A DNA stretch of 64,000 nt from an uncultured Candidatus Saccharibacteria bacterium. Lineage in GTDB: Bacteria > Patescibacteriota > Minisyncoccia > Phycocordibacterales > Phycocordibacteraceae. Each line of letters opens with the position of its first letter. Position 1 is the stretch's first letter. The DNA lies in assembly GCA_964546795.1 (NCBI GenBank), contig CAZJKG010000004.1, forward strand, positions 18,994-82,993. The letters are read 5' to 3'. The notes under the pieces are model-generated. The model did not search any database, was not told the origin of the DNA, and was given only the letters and a program-made list of their open reading frames with translations. Made by a program: the position numbers and the translations under genes. Positions 1 to 7,963 of the stretch are shown here, one piece after another.

Positions 1-21
1 GGAATCTCGGCTAACCAAGAT

Positions 22-1476
22 TTATCTTGGTATATCTTTTATGTCCTTTTCTATCTCCTGTTCCGATTGGTCAAGCAACTTCTTGAATCGGGCGATAATC
101 TTCTCTTCCTCGCGAGTCAATTCGCGAGCTGATTTCACTCGTTCGAGTTTGAGTACCTCTTCCGTGATGGCATCTTTGAGATTATCGAATTTCTTATGAA
201 TGTGCGTTTCAGTAATGCTGAGTTGATGATTGAGGCGGCGGCGATACGCAGAAAAATGAACGTGGATATACCATGCCGCGAACAGTAGCGTACCGAGTAT
301 CGCAAGCACGATGAATATGAGTGAAATGTAGTTGACGGTTAACCATCCGAACGCAAAGAAATCAAATGGCTCTGGCTGCGCGGTTCCCTCGGTAATGAAG
401 AATCTTCCATTTGCAAGCGAGAAGTTCCCCGCCTTGTCATACGCTCGCACCAGGAGCATATGCGCTCCCGGATCTGCAGATATGGCATACGGCTTACTCC
501 CCTCATCGGCGGTGACTGTGAATTCTTTTCCATCGACTGCAACCTGATAATGGTCAATGCCGGAAAGTTCATCGGTCGCCGCAAAGAGCGCAGAGATCGA
601 ATTCCCGGATGGTGTCGTTGTCCCTTGCGGGAACAGTACCGTAAACGGAAGAGGTGATGCGGTATCAATTTGTATCCTATAGGTACTTATAGGACCCCAT
701 CCGCTTGGATCTCTTTCTTGTACATGGAAGTACCAGATACCGCCATCAAGCTGTAACTCTTTGTGTGATATTGGATCGCTATAGAGAACACTGGGTTTTC
801 CTTCCTCATTTTTATCGTATCCGAGACGTACAGAGGTAACACCTTGTGCATTGGTCCAATCAAACACCGCGTGAGCGAGTTTATACCATTGTGTTTCATT
901 TGGGTGCGTCGACGAAGTGATATGAGCGAGAAGTCCGACACCCGACACTGGAGAAGAAACACTTGGAGGAGGTGGTTCGGACTGCGGCTGGGAAGCGCTA
1001 ATATTTATCGTGGATGATTGGGTCCCCGTTAAAATATTCGTGCCATTGCCATCATTTGCGAGCACTTCGGATGATGAAGAAAATGTAACTGCCGCAGTAC
1101 CCTCTTTCTTCGCACGAAATTGAATTAAAAGAACTTGTCTGCGGCTGCCGATATATCCCGGATTCGGCACAACGCCGCTAAAGGAAATAGTCCCGTCATT
1201 ATTTGAGTAGGTAGGGTCTTGTACCCACAATGATAAAACGGAATTCGTTTTTGATATCGAAACTACTTGCAGGAGGTCTTCCGAGAAAGATAGCGTTCCA
1301 GAAATGGCGTTCATTGCCTGGTCGGCGCTCGTCACCACCACGGTTTCCGTGACGATTGCACCGATACCAATGCTAGTATTTAAGGGCGTTAGCCCAAGTG
1401 TCGCCGCTAGTGCCGAAGTAGGCAGCAAGAAAAACACTATCAGGGCAAGCAGATATGCTCGAAGGTACAATGTCAT
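22..1476 (-). CDS. Cohesin-like domain protein with N-terminal signal peptide, C-terminal transmembrane anchor and cytoplasmic coiled-coil tail
   Basis: Signal peptide MTLYLRAYLLALIVFFLLPTSALA. Beta-rich domain with cohesin-like pattern (ISFSGVVPNPGYIG...LLIQFRAKKEGTAAVTF...NDGNGTNIL). Paralog of the next ORF. C-terminal TM helix (ISLIFIVLAILGTLLFAAWYI) followed by a Lys/Glu-rich coiled coil. Confidence 0.5.
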   Translation of the reverse strand: MTLYLRAYLLALIVFFLLPTSALAATLGLTPLNTSIGIGAIVTETVVVTSADQAMNAISGTLSFSEDLLQVVSISKTNSVLSLWVQDPTYSNNDGTISFSGVVPNPGYIGSRRQVLLIQFRAKKEGTAAVTFSSSSEVLANDGNGTNILTGTQSSTINISASQPQSEPPPPSVSSPVSGVGLLAHITSSTHPNETQWYKLAHAVFDWTNAQGVTSVRLGYDKNEEGKPSVLYSDPISHKELQLDGGIWYFHVQERDPSGWGPISTYRIQIDTASPLPFTVLFPQGTTTPSGNSISALFAATDELSGIDHYQVAVDGKEFTVTADEGSKPYAISADPGAHMLLVRAYDKAGNFSLANGRFFITEGTAQPEPFDFFAFGWLTVNYISLIFIVLAILGTLLFAAWYIHVHFSAYRRRLNHQLSITETHIHKKFDNLKDAITEEVLKLERVKSARELTREEEKIIARFKKLLDQSEQEIEKDIKDIPR

Positions 1477-1482
1477 ACATTC

Positions 1483-2358
1483 TTATCGCCTTCCCCACCA
1501 TCTCCTCCAGAGGAAAACGAGTAACATAAGTATAACTAGAAACGCAAACATTTCATATGCGGTGAGGAGGCGCTGAGGTGGAAAAACACTAAGTCGTTCG
1601 TTACCGGCCCGGTCAACCGCCTTGATGTATATCGTGCTCGTGAGCCGCTGATCGATGATCTTATAAGGGCTTATGTCTTCTTTCCATGAAGGTGGAAAAA
1701 GCCAAAATAGGAACGATGGCAAACGGCTCTCAGTAACGGTATAGCGGTCAATTCCTGAGCCCTTATCAACCGCCGAAAAGGCGAGATAGGACCGACCGTT
1801 AAACAATTGAGGATCGCTTCCTTTGTATACAGTGAAGGGTTCTGGTGGAATCTGATCAGTTGGTTCCGTATATCCTCCAAACGGTTTTGGTTCAATGGAA
1901 AGAGTGAGTGATTTTGTTGTTGTCGGTTCATTTCCTCCTAAGCCGTCATTACGTAGCACTTCGATATCCTTGAGGGAGACCGTGGCTGTACCCGCGGCTT
2001 TCACTCGAAACAGAACTGAAAACAAAGTGCCGTCACTACCGGAAAATCCTCCGGGAGTAATTCCTGCAAATATGATCGGCATATCCGCATGAATCACAGG
2101 GCGAGTGATCCACATATTTATGAGCGAATTGCCATCGCTTATGGTAATCGGTTCCAGTGCGGCTTCGGAATAAAACAGTGTTCCGGAAAAAGCGTTGGCA
2201 GGAACGGTACTCGTAAGAAGAACGTCCACTCGCACCGTATCGCCAGCACCGATATCAGCGGGTTGCGCTTGAAGTGACATACTTGCCGCGGACGCCACCA
2301 TCGGTGACAGTAACGAAAGCAGAACAATGCAGATAGAAATTTGTTTGTGTACAGTCAT
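1483..2358 (-). CDS. Cohesin-like domain protein, membrane anchored (paralog of 22..1476)
   Basis: Start placed at internal Met (MTVHKQISICIVLL, signal peptide); this leaves a 4-nt gap to the upstream gene. Alignable to ORF 22..1476 (TLFYSEAALEPITI / TLSFSEDLLQVVSI; LFRVKAAGTATVSL...NDGLGGNEP). C-terminal TM helix FAFLVILMLLVFLW. Confidence 0.5.
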   Translation of the reverse strand: MTVHKQISICIVLLSLLSPMVASAASMSLQAQPADIGAGDTVRVDVLLTSTVPANAFSGTLFYSEAALEPITISDGNSLINMWITRPVIHADMPIIFAGITPGGFSGSDGTLFSVLFRVKAAGTATVSLKDIEVLRNDGLGGNEPTTTKSLTLSIEPKPFGGYTEPTDQIPPEPFTVYKGSDPQLFNGRSYLAFSAVDKGSGIDRYTVTESRLPSFLFWLFPPSWKEDISPYKIIDQRLTSTIYIKAVDRAGNERLSVFPPQRLLTAYEMFAFLVILMLLVFLWRRWWGRR

Positions 2359-2362
2359 GATG

Positions 2363-3688
2363 TTAGCCCGTCCAACGAGCGGCAAGGATGGAGAAGTCGG
2401 TGAGGTTAACTTTACCGTCGTTATTGAGGTCCGCTTTCGTTCCATTACCAGAAAGTGTTCGTTTATACCAATAGGCCACTATGGAGAAATCAACAAGGTT
2501 GACGCGCGTGTCAGTATTAATATCGCCAATGCTAGTTTTTTTAACCAGTTCCGCTAAGACATTTTTTGTTCCCACTTTGAAATTCACTGCGGGACTGAGT
2601 CCACTTACAAGCTGATTTCCTATAAGTGCTTTTGATTGGGCACTGTGCGAACCATATTCAAGCACCGAACTGTCAAAGTTATACAGATAGACACCGATCT
2701 TATCAGAAATCGTTTTCCCAAAGTATGTTTGGTCCGAATTGACAGAAATGACAATATCGCTTTGCGGGGCCGATTGTCCGAAAAGTGTGATGATATCGCC
2801 TCGATTTACTTCACTCTTGTTCGCCGCAATGGTTGGTGCAATGAAAATACCCGTCACATTCGTTGTAACGCCAGCGGTTAAACTTACGGGAAAAGAGAGG
2901 AGTGCTGAGCGATTGCCGTTATTGTCTTCACTGTACACCGAAAAAATAAAATTTCCCGCGCTGAGATTCGCTACGTTTATCTGAAACGTAGCATCTGGCC
3001 CTGCGATTGATGTGGCTACAACTTGCGCATCCTTGAGAATCGTAACTGTTCTGCTCGGGTATGCTCTGCCGCTAAAGTTTGCGCCGGTGTTTGAGACAGG
3101 AATTATTGCACCGCCTCCTCCTCCGCCACCGCCACCGCCACCTCCTCCGCCACCGCCACTATCAGAAGCTGCGGGGGTTCCCGACGTCTGTGTTGATGTT
3201 GCAATTCTGTTACCAAACGCATCTTTAGGGTTAACGACAAAATAATACGTTGTGCCATTCGTGAGCCCTGTCCTCGTTGAGGAAGTCACATTTCCTAGCG
3301 AAGAATACGTGTAAGGACCGCCAGAGGTTGTGGACTGTCCGACGTCATATCCCGAGACCGTCCAACCTATAAATCCTTCCGAGGCCGTCCAGGTGAGTGC
3401 CACTTGAGCATCGCCGGCCGTCGCGCCAACGGCCGGCGTTGATACGAAAGGATACGCGATAAAACCAGGATTGATACTGAAGGAGGTTGCACTGCTCGTA
3501 CTGTGGGCAAATTCGGAAATACTGCTGAAGAGCGTGAAGCTACTTGAAGTCGCGTATCCGCCTGGATTCATGACCGGGCTAAGCACTTGATAAGTGGTGG
3601 AAGTAAGATCTTCCGCATGAGCGATATCGAATCCGATACTCACGAAGAGCAAGAGAAATGTTCCCCATCGAAAGATTCTTTTACACAT
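2363..3688 (-). CDS. Secreted fibronectin type III / poly-Gly linker / type-I dockerin domain protein
   Basis: Signal peptide. FN3-like segment (ALTWTASEG...GTTYYFVV). 16 consecutive Gly codons. C-terminal tandem Ca-binding dockerin repeats GDINTDTRVNLVDFSIVAYWY and ADLNNDGKVNLTDFSILAARW. Confidence 0.6.
   Translation of the reverse strand: MCKRIFRWGTFLLLFVSIGFDIAHAEDLTSTTYQVLSPVMNPGGYATSSSFTLFSSISEFAHSTSSATSFSINPGFIAYPFVSTPAVGATAGDAQVALTWTASEGFIGWTVSGYDVGQSTTSGGPYTYSSLGNVTSSTRTGLTNGTTYYFVVNPKDAFGNRIATSTQTSGTPAASDSGGGGGGGGGGGGGGGGAIIPVSNTGANFSGRAYPSRTVTILKDAQVVATSIAGPDATFQINVANLSAGNFIFSVYSEDNNGNRSALLSFPVSLTAGVTTNVTGIFIAPTIAANKSEVNRGDIITLFGQSAPQSDIVISVNSDQTYFGKTISDKIGVYLYNFDSSVLEYGSHSAQSKALIGNQLVSGLSPAVNFKVGTKNVLAELVKKTSIGDINTDTRVNLVDFSIVAYWYKRTLSGNGTKADLNNDGKVNLTDFSILAARWTG
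3110..3157 (-). repeat. (GGN)16 simple-sequence tract encoding a poly-glycine linker
   Basis: Plus strand reads ccgcctcctcctccgccaccgccaccgccacctcctccgccaccgcc. Codon phase checked against the ORF end at 2363. Confidence 0.9.
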
Positions 3689-3724
3689 GGAGCAAGCACT
3701 ACATATCGTAGCACGCTACTTCTG

Positions 3725-3809
3725 CGGAGGCGGAGAGATTCGAACTCTCGGAGGGTTGCCCCTCACATGCTTTCCAAGCATGCGCACTAGACCGCTATGC
3801 GACGCCTCC
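3725..3809 (-). tRNA. tRNA-Ser (GGA), class II with long variable arm
   Basis: Hand-folded: acceptor GGAGGCG/CGCCUCC; 3-bp D stem; anticodon stem CAUGC/GCAUG; loop UUGGAAA; variable arm GAGGG-GCAA-CCCUC; T arm GAGAG-UUCGAAU-CUCUC. Confidence 0.8.
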
Positions 3810-3811
3810 TT

Positions 3812-4054
3812 TTATAAACCAAACTCACGTTTGATTTCCTCTCTTTTATACCCTTTTTTGTACTCTCGCTCAAGACGCACAGATTCCATTTCAGATTCAG
3901 TCTCAATAGTTTTCAATAACATAAATGGTGTACGGGATTTTGTGGCAGGCACGGCACCACGATTATGCTCCGCCAAACGTCTTTTGATATCATTGGTCCG
4001 CCCAATATAAAAATGGTTGTCCTTCAAACTCTTCAAGATGTAAACAAAGTACAT
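3812..4054 (-). CDS. GIY-YIG nuclease family protein (small, UPF0213/YhbQ-like)
   Basis: MYFVYILKS...YIGRTNDIKRRLAEHN matches the GIY-YIG core (YIG..RR..EH). One of three paralogs in the window sharing the MYFVYI N-terminus. Confidence 0.8.
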   Translation of the reverse strand: MYFVYILKSLKDNHFYIGRTNDIKRRLAEHNRGAVPATKSRTPFMLLKTIETESEMESVRLEREYKKGYKREEIKREFGL

Positions 4055-4080
4055 ATAAGTTCAAGGTAGTGTACTAGACC

Positions 4081-4116
4081 CCTGCCTGCCGGCAGGCAGG
4101 ACTATGCGACGCCTCC
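4081..4116. repeat. 20-bp perfect palindrome plus 15-bp direct repeat of the tRNA-Ser 5' end
   Basis: 4081-4100 is the palindrome cctgcctgccggcaggcagg. 4102-4116 ctatgcgacgcctcc is identical to 3795-3809 (tRNA-Ser positions 1-15). Together they bracket the GIY-YIG gene. Confidence 0.85.
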
Positions 4117-4243
4117 GTACCCCAAAGGGCCCCGTTAGGGTGTTTCTGTTATAACAGACAAACTTCTTATTTTCCAAGCAAGGCCTTTATTCTTTCTTGA
4201 ATCGGAGGCCGCGCCTACATTCGCGGACTCACTCGGCGCGGCA

Positions 4244-5149
4244 CTAGATGCTTTTGTTTGATCCAAGCAAAGCTTGGATCCTACTTGGAATCGTCGGGTG
4301 TGTGGAGAACATCCCTTCAATCCAACCGCCGATGCTGCTCGATTTTTTCCCAAAAGGATCGCCAATGAAGAGGTGCGCTGTTGCTGTATTGGCACTCTTC
4401 ATTGGCGAAGCATAATTCCCGATTTTTCCGAGCGCGGATGCAAGACCTTCGGGATAGCGAGTAAGCAGAGCGCCTGAAGCATCCGCAAGATATTCACGGC
4501 GGCGCGAGACGGCAAGCTGAATAAGTTTCGCGGCCACAGGCGCGAGCACGATGCCGACGACGGCGAGGACCATTATGAGCGCGTTTCCGTTCTTAGTATC
4601 GCTTCGACCTCCACTATGGAGCGAGATTCGTAAAAAAATATCAGCAACGATAGCAACAAATCCGGCAAGCACTACCGCGATCGTCATGAGAAGCATATCG
4701 CGGTTCTTGATATGCGAAAGTTCATGACCGATGACGCCTTCAAGCTCCGGCCGCGACATCATAGAGAGGAGACCGGTCGTCGCACAGACGACCGCATGTT
4801 GTTCGTCGCGGCCAGTCGCGAATGCGTTCGGCGCCGGATCATCTATCACATAGAGCTTCGGCGTAGGGAGTCCTGCCGTAATCGCGAGGTTCTCCGTAAC
4901 GGTGTAGAAGTCAAAGAATTCTTCTCGGGTCGCCTTTCGTGCATGATTCAAAGAAAGAACGAGTGTGTCCGATGCCCAATACGCATAGAAATTCGTCGCC
5001 ACCGCGATAACGACCGCGATATAGAGAATGGAAGAATCGTTGTAATACCACGAGATCGCATAACCAACAGCGATGACAACTATCAAGAACCCTAGAACGA
5101 GTGCCCAGGTTCGGCGAATATTAGACGTGCGCTGTTCATACAGATTCAT
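4244..5149 (-). CDS. htpX: Zinc metalloprotease HtpX (M48 family)
   Basis: HELSHIKNRD HEXXH motif; N-terminal TM helices; length and architecture typical of HtpX. Confidence 0.9.
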   Translation of the reverse strand: MNLYEQRTSNIRRTWALVLGFLIVVIAVGYAISWYYNDSSILYIAVVIAVATNFYAYWASDTLVLSLNHARKATREEFFDFYTVTENLAITAGLPTPKLYVIDDPAPNAFATGRDEQHAVVCATTGLLSMMSRPELEGVIGHELSHIKNRDMLLMTIAVVLAGFVAIVADIFLRISLHSGGRSDTKNGNALIMVLAVVGIVLAPVAAKLIQLAVSRRREYLADASGALLTRYPEGLASALGKIGNYASPMKSANTATAHLFIGDPFGKKSSSIGGWIEGMFSTHPTIPSRIQALLGSNKSI

Positions 5150-5155
5150 AGAGGT

Positions 5156-5641
5156 TTAATGCCGTTTCCATTCGTATTTCTCGCCCTTTCGTAATGCGTC
5201 CGCCATAGCGAGCTCATCATAGATACCATCAAGAAGTTCGTACTGCTTTGCCTCTTCAGTATTCACCCATTCGTAGGCATCGGCCTCTTCCTTCTGAAGC
5301 GTGATGTCTCCATCGACATAATCGGCCAAGCAGGAAAGGACTATCGAAGCGGCACCGTCCTTATGTTCTGTAGCGAGAGAGGTAACGTATCTCACATTCC
5401 CTATCGTGAGGCCGACTTCTTCCTGTATCTCCCGTGTGAGGGCTTTTTCCAAGACGTTGTACCAATAATGCTCAGTATCTTTGGGATAACTCATGAAGTC
5501 GGAGGGTTCCAGGTGCCCGCCCGGTACCGTCCACTTCCCCGGGAACCGCGACTTGGCCATTGAACGGCGCGTAATGAGATACTTTCCTTCTTTTTGAATT
5601 ATCGCCGTTATCACCACCTCAAATGGACTGTACTTACTCAC
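5156..5641 (-). CDS. NUDIX hydrolase
   Basis: Nudix box GGHLEPSDF...ALTREIQEEVGL. Confidence 0.8.
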   Translation of the reverse strand: MSKYSPFEVVITAIIQKEGKYLITRRSMAKSRFPGKWTVPGGHLEPSDFMSYPKDTEHYWYNVLEKALTREIQEEVGLTIGNVRYVTSLATEHKDGAASIVLSCLADYVDGDITLQKEEADAYEWVNTEEAKQYELLDGIYDELAMADALRKGEKYEWKRH

Positions 5642-5646
5642 GATGG

Positions 5647-6213
5647 CTAGAATCGCACATTTACCGGATTGGCCGCCGCAGCATCGTCCGCGGTAAGTTC
5701 AAAAAGGTCCATCGGCTTAAATCCGAACGAAGAGGCAATAAGATTGCCTGGAAATGCCTGTTCCGCGGTATTGAGTGCCATGACAGTGGAATTATAAAAG
5801 CGGCGGGCGGCTTGTATTTTATCTTCGGTGTCGGACAACTCCTGCTGCAACCGCAGGAAGTTCTGATTCGCCTTCAGATCCGGATAGGCCTCTGAAACGG
5901 CAAAGAGCGTCTTTAGCGCTCCCGAAAGCTGATTCTCAGCGCGGGCCTGCGAAGAGGGGTTTGAACTGGAGGCGCCCATCGCTGCGGCGCGTGCTTTAGT
6001 AACGTTCTCAAAAGCGCCGGATTCGTGGGCCGCGTAGCCCTTCACCGTCTCCACCAGATTCGGGATGAGGTCATAGCGGCGCTTCAGCTGCACATTGATG
6101 TCAGCCCACGCCTCCTTCGCTTGATTAACGAGCGTTACAAGGCGGTTATAAGCAAAAATGACCCAGAGCACGACAAGTGCGATAACTATAAGAACGATTG
6201 TGGAGGTGGACAT
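5647..6213 (-). CDS. lemA: LemA family membrane protein
   Basis: N-terminal TM followed by the LemA consensus (AYNRLV...QAKEAWADINVQLKRRYDLIPNLVETVKGYA). Confidence 0.85.
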   Translation of the reverse strand: MSTSTIVLIVIALVVLWVIFAYNRLVTLVNQAKEAWADINVQLKRRYDLIPNLVETVKGYAAHESGAFENVTKARAAAMGASSSNPSSQARAENQLSGALKTLFAVSEAYPDLKANQNFLRLQQELSDTEDKIQAARRFYNSTVMALNTAEQAFPGNLIASSFGFKPMDLFELTADDAAAANPVNVRF

Positions 6214-6279
6214 AGACAGAGTATATCCTATGTATGTTAGGATTCAAGCACGTTACTTTACTTAAAATAATTCATAGGT

Positions 6280-6771
6280 ATGAATGGAAATGTCATAGGG
6301 ACTGTTATTGTTTTGATCATTGTCATTGCTGGCGGTTGGTTTCTATTTTCGAAAACTCCGGCAAATGCCCCATCCACAATCACGACAGAAGAGGCGGCTG
6401 TGACGAGCACAACTATCGACGTGTCGCCTACGACGCCTACGACAGTCGTTTACAGCGATCAAGGATTCTCACCGGCAAGCATCACTGTCACTCTCGGTAC
6501 AACTGTAACGTTCGTGAATCAAAGTTCGGATGATATGTGGGTCGCTTCGGCTATGCATCCAGCGCATACCGTCTACAGCGGCACCAGTTTGAGCCAGCAT
6601 TGTCCTGATACGGATAGTTCTGCGTTCGATGAGTGCAAAGGTGATACATCCGGAAGTTCCTACTCCTTCACATTCAATAAAGAAGGTGTCTGGAAATATC
6701 ACGATCACCTAAATCCAACTCGATTTGGCACTATCATCGTGACTGCCGCACCAGCAGCTACACCGATCTAA
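6280..6771 (+). CDS. Membrane-anchored cupredoxin-like domain protein
   Basis: N-terminal TM, Thr/Pro-rich linker, then a beta-domain with TVTFVNQSSDDMWVASAMHPAH and YHDHLNPTRFGTIIV. Paralog of 58706..59113. Confidence 0.5.
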   Translation: MNGNVIGTVIVLIIVIAGGWFLFSKTPANAPSTITTEEAAVTSTTIDVSPTTPTTVVYSDQGFSPASITVTLGTTVTFVNQSSDDMWVASAMHPAHTVYSGTSLSQHCPDTDSSAFDECKGDTSGSSYSFTFNKEGVWKYHDHLNPTRFGTIIVTAAPAATPI

Positions 6772-6790
6772 ATTGGAGAGAAATGCCGTC

Positions 6791-7927
6791 CTAGCGCACT
6801 GCTCGCGCGACGGCCGTGACTACGCGCGGGTCAAGGAGGTCGGGAATAATCTTAGCGGAAGAGGGTTTGGGGACAAGCGCCGCGAGCGCGCGGGCGGCGC
6901 GTATCTTGGTCTCTTGCGTTATTTTCTTGATGCCTTTGTCGAGCGCGCCGCGAAAGATGCCCGGAAATACGAGAGCATTGTTGATCTGGTTGGGATAATC
7001 GGAACGGCCGGTCGCGATGACTGCCGCTCCCGCCCTTCTCGCAGCATCCGGAAGGATTTCCGGATCGGGATTCGCCATAGCAAAGACGATTCCACGAGGA
7101 GCCATCAGTGCGACATGTTCGGCTTTAAGGAGTCCCTTCCCGGAGACGCCGATAAAAACGTCTGCATCTTTCATCGCTTCGGCGAGGCCTCCGCGCACTT
7201 TGCGCGGATTCGTGAGTTCAGCCAACTCGGCTTTGTGCGCATTCAACTCGGGGCGTTTCTTATAGATCGCGCCTGCGCGATCAAGGAGAATAATATCGGT
7301 GGCGCCCGCGGCGATGAGAAGTTTGGCAACCGCCGTGCCTGCCGCTCCCGCGCCGCTGATAACGACCCGTATCTTTCTGATATTCTTCTTCACCACCTTC
7401 ACTGCATTGAGCAGACCGGCAAGTACAACGATAGCCGTACCGTGCTGATCATCGTGCATTACGGGAATATTCAATTCCTCGACAAGCCGCCGTTCAATAT
7501 CAAAACATTTTGGCGCGGCGATGTCCTCAAGATTGATTCCGCCGAAAGCAGGCGCGATGGCCTTCACGATTCTCACTATCTCATCCGGGTCTTGCGTGTC
7601 GAGTACGAGAGGCCACGCATCGATATCCGCTTTTTCTTTAAAGATGAGCGCCTTCCCTTCCATGACGGGAAGCGCTCCGTATGGGCCGATGTTCCCTAGA
7701 CCGAGCACGGCGGAACCATCGGAGACGACTGCGACACTATTCCTCTTTATCGACATCGTTCGCGCGTCCGCAGGATGTTTTGCTAGATGTACGGATGCGG
7801 CACCGACGCCCGGCGTGTACCAGAGCGAGAAATCTTTTCTCCCAGCAAGCTTCACGCGAGCTTTTGTTCCTATCCGAGCGCCCTGCCTTTTGAAAGCAGC
7901 CAGTATCTTTTTCGATTTCGCGTCCAT
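6791..7927 (-). CDS. NAD(P)-dependent malic enzyme (short form)
   Basis: FSLWYTPGVGAAS, VSDGSAVLGLGNIGP and the Rossmann motif ISGAGAAGTAVAKLL are characteristic of malic enzyme. Confidence 0.85.
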   Translation of the reverse strand: MDAKSKKILAAFKRQGARIGTKARVKLAGRKDFSLWYTPGVGAASVHLAKHPADARTMSIKRNSVAVVSDGSAVLGLGNIGPYGALPVMEGKALIFKEKADIDAWPLVLDTQDPDEIVRIVKAIAPAFGGINLEDIAAPKCFDIERRLVEELNIPVMHDDQHGTAIVVLAGLLNAVKVVKKNIRKIRVVISGAGAAGTAVAKLLIAAGATDIILLDRAGAIYKKRPELNAHKAELAELTNPRKVRGGLAEAMKDADVFIGVSGKGLLKAEHVALMAPRGIVFAMANPDPEILPDAARRAGAAVIATGRSDYPNQINNALVFPGIFRGALDKGIKKITQETKIRAARALAALVPKPSSAKIIPDLLDPRVVTAVARAVR

Positions 7928-7963
7928 AAGAGACCGCTAGTATACCCCGGTTATACTATAAAA

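Noticed and set aside
3687-4010. Plus-strand ORF 3687..4010 and other ORFs overlapping tRNA-Ser and the GIY-YIG gene
   Set aside because: They run antisense through a well-formed tRNA and a conserved GIY-YIG ORF, and have no motifs.
4135-4395. 86-aa minus-strand ORF overlapping the htpX 3' end
   Set aside because: Out-of-frame overlap with a strongly supported gene; low-complexity translation.
7787-7963. Longest-ORF start of recG at 7787
   Set aside because: It would overlap the malic-enzyme gene antisense by 140 bp. RecG homology (LGIRTVRDLLYHFPARYE) only begins after the GTG at 7964.
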